Below, one piece after another: positions 15,245 through 23,362 of a stretch of 64,000 nucleotides of DNA. Where the stretch lies: the IMG/VR virus record IMGVR_UViG_3300049218_000313, positions 51,161 through 115,160 of that record; one strand, written 5' to 3'. Each line of letters begins with the position of its first letter. Position 1 is the first letter of the stretch. This stretch comes from a virus. Below the pieces are notes generated by a model. It did not search any database. It was given only the letters and a program-made list of their open reading frames with translations, and was not told the DNA's origin. The translations under genes were made by a program, and so were the position numbers.

Positions 15245-17602
15245 CTACGGGTGGAACGCCGCGTAGCTGGTCATCACATAGACTGTGCTTGTTCCGTCGG
15301 AGTGCACGCAGGTGAGCTCCCAGACATGGTGGCCCCCGCTAGTGAAGGTGCCGTCGGTCACGCTCGGGTTTACGGGCAGCAGGTTCGCACCCGTGACGCT
15401 GCCGAACGAGTCCGCGTTGTAAACGGTGATGGTCTTACCACCGCCGCTACGCGTGGCGCAATTAGGGATACCCCCCGTGAAGCTGAGTATTCCGCCTGTG
15501 CCGAAGGGCTCACTGCCGATGAGCACGAACTTCATCCCAACCGCGACATTGAAAGGCAGTCGGATCTGACCTACCGTGAAGGAAGTCACACCCGACGCGA
15601 CGACGAAGCCCGCGGTGCCCCAGCGCGGAACACTTGTCGCGAGCGTGACGCCTGCGTCAGCCTCGTTGGAGAAGTCGCAGTAGGATGTACCGCCGGTGGT
15701 CGTGACATTACCGATATTGGTGAACTGGTCATGCACCGTGCCCTTGATCGGGCCCTGACCGGAGATGCTGCCGATGTGCGGCTCGCTCGAGATGACGGGC
15801 GCATACGGCCCCCCGGTGTTCTCCACAGAGAACTGGAGGCTCGTGAACTGCCCGAGGTTCGTGACCATGGCTCCAGTCACGCTGAGGTCCGCGAAGCCAA
15901 CAGTGTTGGCCCCCGCCGAGAGCGTGCTGATGGCAGACGCGTTGATGGACCCGTCAGACAGCAGCGTTCCCAGCTGCTGCCACACGCCGGGGCTGGACCC
16001 CGTCATATCGCGCTCGAGACTTCCCCAGGCGAGAGCGATTCCGAGCGAGCCGTTGATGTAGTTGTAGTGCGCGCCGAAGTACGCGGTCACCACACCGAAG
16101 AGCTGCTTCCAGGCACCCGAGTTGTCCAGGGTGTCCCTCGTCAGCGGCGCTGCAGGCGGCAAGCAGTAGAACCCGCCGTCCACGGTGCCGAGATTCGTGG
16201 TGCCGAACAGCTGCTTCGCATTCGAGGCGCCGTACCGGTAGCCCATGCGACCGGCCACCCAGGTCACCGTGCACGCAGTCGGACCCGCGGTGATTGCGGC
16301 GATAGAACCACTATCCAGCGTTGTGCAGTAGACGCTGACCGGCGAAGACAGGAACTCGACCATGGTCAGCGCAACGGTCACGCCCGCGATGGTCACCTCG
16401 AGAACGTCGATGCCCAGCGCCACCATCGTGTCGTTCGACACGTTGTTCCAGAAGTACCCCGAACCGAGAACCACCTCGTAGAGACCCGGCGTGGCGGTGG
16501 TCGCGATGGTCGCCGACGTGTTCGGAGCGATCTTCGTGGCGTAGCCGTGTCCCGTGGTGGGCGACCCCGTCAGAATCGGCTCGAGGTGACGCGAAAAGCT
16601 CTGGAAGCCGTACAGGCTCGGAGTCGGCTCTGTCGACGTCGAAGAGCCCGCGATGGTCCACTCGCGCCCCAGGAAGAGGAAGCCGCCGGAGCCTAGTGGG
16701 TAGGTGGTCTGGTCAGCACCGAGCTCGAGGCCCTGCGCCGTGTAGAGCGCCTGGTACGGGTCGACGTACGCGCGTGCGGTCTGCGTGCCCTGCACCGTCA
16801 GAGACTGACCGTCGCGCGTGATGACCCCGCCGGAGCCCGGTGTGTTGAACGCCCCGGAGACGCCCGTCGTCGAGCGCCGGTAGGCCCCGTCCAGCCCGCG
16901 CGCAGTGAGGTCCCAGACGGTGGAGTCCCACGCTGCGTTCCAGGCTTCGTTGTTGCCGTGCAGGAGCCGGAAGAGCTCCTCGACCTTGGAGTCGACCTCG
17001 GTGAGGTCTCGGATGTGGACGCTGGTCAGCCCATCGGCAGGGAAGGTCGCGAAGTTGCCACGCTCGGCGTAGTAGACCTGGTAGGCCACGGGCGCGGGGA
17101 AGTTGAACGTCAGCGCGACGTTGCCGCTCGAGAAGCCGCCGCCGATCGACACGGGGGTACCGCCGCCATCAACGGCCGCGGTGACGACCATCTTCGTCCC
17201 GCTCGCGTTGAGGATGTCCTCGTCGTTGAGGTCCGTGATGTGGAACAGGTCCTCGAACGCGTCGTCGCCGACCAGACCCATGAAGACGCCAGGGCCGACG
17301 AGCGTGAGCCCCGTGTCGCTGATCGAGCCTGAACCCGAACGCACCGGGATGGCGATGTCCCTGTGCAGCAAATTGTCGAGGTAGTCGGTGTTGGTGGCCA
17401 GTGCGAGCGCAGGACGGTTGGCGTTCGCGCTCGTGGCGTCGTCGTCGAACCCGACAAAGTACGAGCCCGCGTTCGTGCCACCCGACAAGACGCCGTCGGC
17501 GTACGCAGGGGTGCCCGAAGTGGCGTTGTTGATGTAGTCGTAGCCGCTGGGAAGCCCGCCGAAGTAGGTCGGGACAGTCAGGCGATGAAACGCTGCGGTC
17601 AT
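15245..17602 (-). CDS. Tail fibre / receptor-binding-like protein (785 aa)
   Basis: Gly/Thr-rich, beta-rich ORF directly downstream of a collar-like gene in the tail operon. Confidence 0.6.
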   Translation of the reverse strand: MTAAFHRLTVPTYFGGLPSGYDYINNATSGTPAYADGVLSGGTNAGSYFVGFDDDATSANANRPALALATNTDYLDNLLHRDIAIPVRSGSGSISDTGLTLVGPGVFMGLVGDDAFEDLFHITDLNDEDILNASGTKMVVTAAVDGGGTPVSIGGGFSSGNVALTFNFPAPVAYQVYYAERGNFATFPADGLTSVHIRDLTEVDSKVEELFRLLHGNNEAWNAAWDSTVWDLTARGLDGAYRRSTTGVSGAFNTPGSGGVITRDGQSLTVQGTQTARAYVDPYQALYTAQGLELGADQTTYPLGSGGFLFLGREWTIAGSSTSTEPTPSLYGFQSFSRHLEPILTGSPTTGHGYATKIAPNTSATIATTATPGLYEVVLGSGYFWNNVSNDTMVALGIDVLEVTIAGVTVALTMVEFLSSPVSVYCTTLDSGSIAAITAGPTACTVTWVAGRMGYRYGASNAKQLFGTTNLGTVDGGFYCLPPAAPLTRDTLDNSGAWKQLFGVVTAYFGAHYNYINGSLGIALAWGSLERDMTGSSPGVWQQLGTLLSDGSINASAISTLSAGANTVGFADLSVTGAMVTNLGQFTSLQFSVENTGGPYAPVISSEPHIGSISGQGPIKGTVHDQFTNIGNVTTTGGTSYCDFSNEADAGVTLATSVPRWGTAGFVVASGVTSFTVGQIRLPFNVAVGMKFVLIGSEPFGTGGILSFTGGIPNCATRSGGGKTITVYNADSFGSVTGANLLPVNPSVTDGTFTSGGHHVWELTCVHSDGTSTVYVMTSYAAFHP

Positions 17603-17603
17603 G

Positions 17604-18275
17604 TCAGAACCTCACTGTCCAGGAAACTTCCAGGTCGAAGGCGTCCGTCTTGCTGATGGTGTCGAACGTGTCGTAGGCCACCCCGGTGTTGTTCCACACG
17701 CTGATGCTCGCCGCAGAGGTGAAGAGCATGACCTCCGAAAGCGGTACGCTGAGGAAGGGACTGTAGCTGACGTCAGACTCTTGGAAGAGGACGCTGAAGG
17801 TCGCCGAGGTCGGGGGTACGAACGTAGGCGGCGCCTGCACCTGGGCAAGCCACACGTCGCCGCCGACGCCAGGGTAGGCCGTCGAACCGCCCGAGACGCG
17901 CACCGGGCGCTCGAGCGTGGTGACCGTCGGGTCGGTGTCCGTCTGGGCATTGGAGCCCGGGTACGCGGTCACCAGCGGGGCGGCGTTGGCTACGGCGAGG
18001 GCCAGCTGCTGGGTGCCCCCAATGCCCAGGCCCATGTACTGGATGCGGTCGTTGCGCTCCGGCACCGCCGGACCGAAGGAGGCGTAGGAGATCAGCGACG
18101 CCAGGTACTCTCGCCCGAGGTTCAACCAGATGTTGTGGCCCACCCGGCGCGCGGCGATCTTGCCACGGCAGCGTGCGGTCAGAACGAGGTTGCTCTTCAC
18201 CTCGATGAGGTCTTCTACACGACGACCACCGCGGCCGACGGGCAGCGCGCGCGACTTCCCGGACTTCTTGATCAT
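17604..18275 (-). CDS. Tail-collar/fibre attachment-like protein
   Basis: VGHNIWLNLGREYLA...MGLGIGG...DPTVTTLERP...EVMLFT...KTDAFDLEVSWTVRF. Confidence 0.6.
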   Translation of the reverse strand: MIKKSGKSRALPVGRGGRRVEDLIEVKSNLVLTARCRGKIAARRVGHNIWLNLGREYLASLISYASFGPAVPERNDRIQYMGLGIGGTQQLALAVANAAPLVTAYPGSNAQTDTDPTVTTLERPVRVSGGSTAYPGVGGDVWLAQVQAPPTFVPPTSATFSVLFQESDVSYSPFLSVPLSEVMLFTSAASISVWNNTGVAYDTFDTISKTDAFDLEVSWTVRF

Positions 18276-18760
18276 GGTGCGCTCCAGGCTTCGCAGATTC
18301 CGCCGAGTTCGTCGAGTAGAGACGACTGGGTCACCGCTGAGATCTTCACGAGCTTCTTCTTCGAGGCGATGAGCTCTCGGAGGCGCTCGATGTGAACCTC
18401 CGAGATGGGTCCAAGGAACTTCGGGTCATCGTAGTGCTTCAGGTAGGCCTCGCGAGCGGCCTTCTCGTCCTTGAAGCCGAGCATGACCTTGTCCTCGTCG
18501 TACCCCTTCCCGTCATGCTTGTGCTGGTGGACCACGAAGGCGTGCGGAGCATCCTTCTTCGGACCGACGTAGGCGTCGACTTCTTCGCCATCGGCGCCGC
18601 GCGTCCCCTTGATGTAGCCGTAGGGGTGCTTCATCACCGTGCGCCACGGCTTGCCGTCCTTGTCCACGCCGCTACGCACCGAGCCCTTTCGGTTCTCGAT
18701 GGCGATGGAGATCCCTTGGTGCCGGATGTGCCCCTGAAGCGGGTGTTTTTGGTCAGGCAT
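18272..18760 (-). CDS. Stand-alone InPase domain (polyvalent-protein-type inorganic pyrophosphatase fold)
   Basis: ISIAIENRKGSVRSGVDKDGKPW...HPYGYIKGTRGADGEEVDAYVGP...VVHQ...YDEDKVMLGF...AREAY. Confidence 0.8.
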   Translation of the reverse strand: MPDQKHPLQGHIRHQGISIAIENRKGSVRSGVDKDGKPWRTVMKHPYGYIKGTRGADGEEVDAYVGPKKDAPHAFVVHQHKHDGKGYDEDKVMLGFKDEKAAREAYLKHYDDPKFLGPISEVHIERLRELIASKKKLVKISAVTQSSLLDELGGICEAWSAP

Positions 18761-18763
18761 CAG

Positions 18764-21700
18764 CTACATGTCCTTGTAGACGAAGTAGGTCCCCGCGGGG
18801 ACGGTCTCATCGAAGGCCCATGATACCGCCTGACCCAGGGTCACGAGAACGCTGGTCCATTCGACGGGCACAATGCCCGTTCCCGTCGAGCGGATGTAGC
18901 AGGTGAGCGTCGAGCCACTGTTCGTCGGACCGGCGGGCGTGACCGCCTGCGTCAGTGTGAAGCCGGCGGGGTTGTAGTCCCCGAAGACGCAGACCACGTC
19001 GCTGGCGGTTCCGCCGTTGAACTCACCGTAGGCCACGATGACGTCCCCGGCATTGGGCTGGTAGCCGACCACGGCGACCCCGTTGACCGTTCGCACTGCG
19101 TACCCCTTACCGGCCGCAGCCCCGCTGCGCAGCACAACGTTGTCGCCGGCGGAGACGGCCCCCACCTGCTCTACGCTGGTCACGGTAAAGGTCAGAAGAA
19201 AGCCGACACCCGAGGCCGCGAAGCTAGTACCGCCCAGTACAGCACCCACCCCCGGCGGGAAGAAGTTGGGCAGCGTGAAGTCTACGGTGATGACCGGCCC
19301 GGAGTTGTAGCCGTCGTCCCAGATCTCGAGCGCGTAGGTGTTCGGGCTGCCTGCTCGCAGGGCGTTGATCTCGAGGGTGAGCTGCTGGATGGATACCGTC
19401 GAGCCCAGCGTGAAGGGGGCCCCAATGGCGGTGCCGGGCGCAACGTGGGTAACTGCATCAACAGAGCCCGCCGAGAAGTTGGCGTAGTCCTCAGTGTACA
19501 GAGGCTGGTCGAACTGGAAGATGCCGTCAAAGTAGGGCGTCGTGGTGAACGAGAATGTCGAGGAGCACGTGCCCATGATGGCGTCCTCGGGGCAGAGGTA
19601 GTTCTTGTCGAAGCCCCAGTACACGGGGTAGTTCGGCGTCGGGAACGTAGGCGCGCCGGTACCCGGGGCGTGGTCGTACTGGCTCACCCAACCGCCGCCC
19701 GCGGGGTTGGGCTGGTCGAACATCGTCGCTGCGCCGCGGGTGCTGCCGCCCATGTAGACGCCCGAGGTGAGCCCGAGGACCGTGTTCGCCGTCGAGGTGC
19801 CGTTGGCGTGGATGACGAGGCTCTCCGTGGCAAAGAGCAGCAGGCGCGTGCCGTTGTTGCCCCCGAGCCTCGCTGAGAGGCCGTTGCCGATGCCGCTGAT
19901 GGCCGCCAGGGCCGCAGCCTGCGACGCCGAAGTCGTGGACCCATTGAAGGTGACGCTGAGCGACTCTCCGTTGACGGTCACGCCGAGTGTCTTGCCCGCC
20001 AGAGAGCCGCCTGTCCCGTAGAGCGACGCGCTGGTCATGTCCGCTGTTCCACCAACGAGGATGGGCAGCTCCGAACCGGCGAAGCACGCACCCGCGAAGA
20101 GGCTCAAGGTCCCGGACATGGACACCGAGTCGGATGTGTCGACCGTTGTGTCGCCCGTTGTACCCAGAGCTTCGAGCACGACAAAGAGGGGGTACGTGTA
20201 CGTCGGCTTGATGCGCAGGACGAACGAACGCGCGAACAGAAGCGCCTGGAGGTTGAAGGCGGCCGCGTCGACACGCACCAGGAACTTGAAGAACTTCTCG
20301 ACCTCGAAGAAGACACCCTGCTCGAGGTAGCCCTGGAACCAGGTCGGGTCGCTGATGTAGTCGTCGACCTCGACACCCTGAACGAGCGGAGCGAACTGCG
20401 CCACCGTGTCTCCCACCACGTAGGGTTTCCCCGTCGTCGGGTTGGTCTCGAGAGGCAAAGACGGTGGCCAGGTGTACTCACGCACGATGGCTGTGTTGGC
20501 CAGGTCCTGCACGAGTATCTGCCCCTGTGTCACGCTGAAGTCGTCCCGTACGGAGAGGATGGTGCCGGCCTGCTCGGCGAAGGGCAGCCCGAGCAAGATC
20601 TGGGTACCTGCACGCAGGTTGAACACCGTGGGTCCGTTCCAGTAGGCGTACCAGAGGCCCTGCACGGCAGAGAGGTAGTCGACGTTGCTTGGCAGCTGCG
20701 CGAGGTCGTCGAGTGTGAAGTTTGCGGGGATGCCGAAGTTGCCCTCGATGGCGGGTCGGTTATCGAGGAAGCTGGTCTCGGCCCAGAGCTGGGGCGGAGG
20801 CGCCTGACCCTCCCACACGTCGTTGCCCCCTGCATCGGAGGGCACGGGGGTGATGAAGCGCAGGCAGTTCTGGCCGCGGAAGGTGTCGACGAAGAAGTCG
20901 ACGTTGCGTCGCAGTACCGCGGTGTCGTCCGTCGACTGGATGATCTCCTGTAGCAGCGGGACATCGACGATGAGCGGGTCGAGTGGGATGTACTTCCGCC
21001 GCAGCACGCTGAACAGGTAGACCGAGTACACCGCCGGCGTAGCGAGGTAGGACCCGACGATGGTGGCATCGACGGGCAGGTTGGCGGTGAGCGCCTCGCA
21101 GGACCCAAGCACGGGGCCCTGAAGCGTCGTGATGGCGTTGGTTTGGTTGTTGATGACCTCGTAGGTGACGATGTCGCTCACCTCGCAGAGGCCGTTCCAG
21201 AAGTCGAGATCTTGCGACACGACGGTGCCCGCGATGGTCCACACCGTGTCCGCCGGTGAGGGCAGGGCGTCGAGCAAAACAAGGCGCTGGAAGTAGAACG
21301 GATCGCTTGGGTCATCGACCACGTTGGCGATGCGGTAGGCAACGCCGTCGATGCAGAGGAAGTCGTTGAGCTCGATGTCCAGGTACTGCAGGCTCCGTTC
21401 GACGCGGTACGTGTTCAACGAAACGACAGAAGCGCCCAGGGTGCCTGTGGGAGCTCCATTCATCTGTCCGACGGAGTAGATCGGACAGGTAGATGTCGTC
21501 AGGACCGAGAAGGGAAACGGCGCGTCAATACGCAGGCGGGTGATGTTACCGGCACGCGCGGAGATCTCTCGGACGATGATGCGCGCGTCGAGCTGCGCGA
21601 AGGCCGCCTGCATGATGGCGGCGATGGCGTCTGGCGTGTACGGGTTCGGCGCGGTGAACGAGATGATCGTCGGGAAGGAGTAGATGGAGAACTGGATGTC

Positions 21701-23353
21701 GAGGTGAGTGCCCGCAACACCGGTGATGCCGGCGTTGGCGATGTTGATGGACTCGACCCCCGAGTAGACCGCGCGCACGGTCGACAGAGCGATGAGCGTC
21801 GGGCTCTCCTGCATCAGCAGGTCGTAGTGCAGCCACCGACGCTGGAAGGTGCGCTGGATGTCGCGCAGGCTCTTGTTGTAGTCGACCTGCCAGAGACGAA
21901 GTAGCTCCGCCGCGGCAACCTGCGCGAGGCCTTGCCAGAACGTCGTGATGCGCTGGCTGTCGTCGATGAGGTTCCAGAAGTCCGAGAGGTAGTTCCAGAT
22001 GAACGACAGGTCAGGAGTGCAGCCGCGGGCAACCGCGGTGACCACTACGTTGCAGATCATCTCCGAGGGCTCTGAGAAGAGCGCCCCGTTGAAGACGGTG
22101 AGGTTGAACTTCCAGATGCCCGCCACGTCCGGGTAGAAGGTCGGCCGCACCACGGTGGGCGTGTTGAGCCCGTTCTGGGGGAGGTACTTGAACGTCGTGG
22201 GGCTCGAGAGGTCGTCCGGCACTACGTAGCCGTCGATCAGCACGAAGAAGCCATCCACGTCCGTGCCCGTACCCGAGATGACGTAGACAGTGCCGCCCAA
22301 AACGATGATGTCGCCCGAGGAGATTGGTGCGGTGCCGTTAAGCGTGCCCAGATCTGCCGAGTAGAGGCGATTGGTGAAGCCCGTGGGAGGCGAGAGCGGG
22401 TAGGTGAGGCCGTCGGTGCCGTCGAAGAGGTACTGGCTGCCCGGAGGGGCGTCCACGAGCTGCCAGAGGTAAGTCAGGGGCGCAGCCTGCGGGTCGTAGC
22501 TCGCCGAGCCGTCGAGGCGCAGAATCTCGCAGAACTGGATGGCCTGGTCGACGCCCGCATTGGCGATGGGCTGCAGGGCAGGAATGACGAGCCCTGTGCC
22601 CAGACAGATGCTGTTGAGCGCGGCGTACGTGGGCGCCGTGAGGGTTCCGCGAACGCTGACGAAGGTCTCACTGGGCGGCGTGACCGCGGCGCTCGATGAG
22701 GGAATGGCAGGCAGTACGTACCGCAGCTGGTGTCCCAGCGTCGGCAGGTCAGCAGTGCGCGTCACGTAGACGTAGACCGCCCCCGTCGAGAAGCTCATGG
22801 CGAGCCGGATGGTCCAGTACTCCCCCTCACTGACGAGAACCTGGCTGCCAGGCAGGTCCTGCACGGGCGTGTCGAGCACCAGGGTATTGCTGCTATCGAG
22901 GTGCACCGAGCCGGTGTACGCGAGGCCGATCTTCGAGAAGAACAACCCGACGCACCCGCCGGCTGCAGCGAACGTTCCGAAGTACGCATGGCTGAGCGGG
23001 ATGTTCGAGAAGTCGGGTGGCAGGTGCTCGAAGAAGACCGTGAACTCGAAGGTGAAGTTGCTCGGCACCCCGACGTCGAGGATCATCGCCGCATCGGTCG
23101 TTTCGTAGTCGCCGCCCGAATCGAGCTCCTGGTCGAGGGTGACGGGATCGATGGGAAGCTGCGAACCGTCGCCCACCGTCGAGACACCCGTGTGCGTCAG
23201 GATGGTGGAGATGGGACCGCACGGGCCGACGCAGTAGATGTCGAAGGGCAGCACGAAGGGCAGCGGCCCGCCGATGTCCGGGGTAAGCGCACCGCCCCAG
23301 GGACTCTGTCCCCAGGCGCCCGTGCCCCAACCCGGTGCGATGCAATTCGACAT
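18764..23353 (-). CDS. Large baseplate wedge-like protein (1529 aa) with lectin-like and PKD domains
   Basis: PIANAGVDQ...LDGSASYDP...TYLWQ (PKD); GLWYAYWNGPTVFNLRAG...LGLP and FVLRIKPTYT typical of wedge/gpI-like proteins; position in operon. Confidence 0.6.
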   Translation of the reverse strand: MSNCIAPGWGTGAWGQSPWGGALTPDIGGPLPFVLPFDIYCVGPCGPISTILTHTGVSTVGDGSQLPIDPVTLDQELDSGGDYETTDAAMILDVGVPSNFTFEFTVFFEHLPPDFSNIPLSHAYFGTFAAAGGCVGLFFSKIGLAYTGSVHLDSSNTLVLDTPVQDLPGSQVLVSEGEYWTIRLAMSFSTGAVYVYVTRTADLPTLGHQLRYVLPAIPSSSAAVTPPSETFVSVRGTLTAPTYAALNSICLGTGLVIPALQPIANAGVDQAIQFCEILRLDGSASYDPQAAPLTYLWQLVDAPPGSQYLFDGTDGLTYPLSPPTGFTNRLYSADLGTLNGTAPISSGDIIVLGGTVYVISGTGTDVDGFFVLIDGYVVPDDLSSPTTFKYLPQNGLNTPTVVRPTFYPDVAGIWKFNLTVFNGALFSEPSEMICNVVVTAVARGCTPDLSFIWNYLSDFWNLIDDSQRITTFWQGLAQVAAAELLRLWQVDYNKSLRDIQRTFQRRWLHYDLLMQESPTLIALSTVRAVYSGVESINIANAGITGVAGTHLDIQFSIYSFPTIISFTAPNPYTPDAIAAIMQAAFAQLDARIIVREISARAGNITRLRIDAPFPFSVLTTSTCPIYSVGQMNGAPTGTLGASVVSLNTYRVERSLQYLDIELNDFLCIDGVAYRIANVVDDPSDPFYFQRLVLLDALPSPADTVWTIAGTVVSQDLDFWNGLCEVSDIVTYEVINNQTNAITTLQGPVLGSCEALTANLPVDATIVGSYLATPAVYSVYLFSVLRRKYIPLDPLIVDVPLLQEIIQSTDDTAVLRRNVDFFVDTFRGQNCLRFITPVPSDAGGNDVWEGQAPPPQLWAETSFLDNRPAIEGNFGIPANFTLDDLAQLPSNVDYLSAVQGLWYAYWNGPTVFNLRAGTQILLGLPFAEQAGTILSVRDDFSVTQGQILVQDLANTAIVREYTWPPSLPLETNPTTGKPYVVGDTVAQFAPLVQGVEVDDYISDPTWFQGYLEQGVFFEVEKFFKFLVRVDAAAFNLQALLFARSFVLRIKPTYTYPLFVVLEALGTTGDTTVDTSDSVSMSGTLSLFAGACFAGSELPILVGGTADMTSASLYGTGGSLAGKTLGVTVNGESLSVTFNGSTTSASQAAALAAISGIGNGLSARLGGNNGTRLLLFATESLVIHANGTSTANTVLGLTSGVYMGGSTRGAATMFDQPNPAGGGWVSQYDHAPGTGAPTFPTPNYPVYWGFDKNYLCPEDAIMGTCSSTFSFTTTPYFDGIFQFDQPLYTEDYANFSAGSVDAVTHVAPGTAIGAPFTLGSTVSIQQLTLEINALRAGSPNTYALEIWDDGYNSGPVITVDFTLPNFFPPGVGAVLGGTSFAASGVGFLLTFTVTSVEQVGAVSAGDNVVLRSGAAAGKGYAVRTVNGVAVVGYQPNAGDVIVAYGEFNGGTASDVVCVFGDYNPAGFTLTQAVTPAGPTNSGSTLTCYIRSTGTGIVPVEWTSVLVTLGQAVSWAFDETVPAGTYFVYKDM

Positions 23354-23362
23354 CGACTCTCC

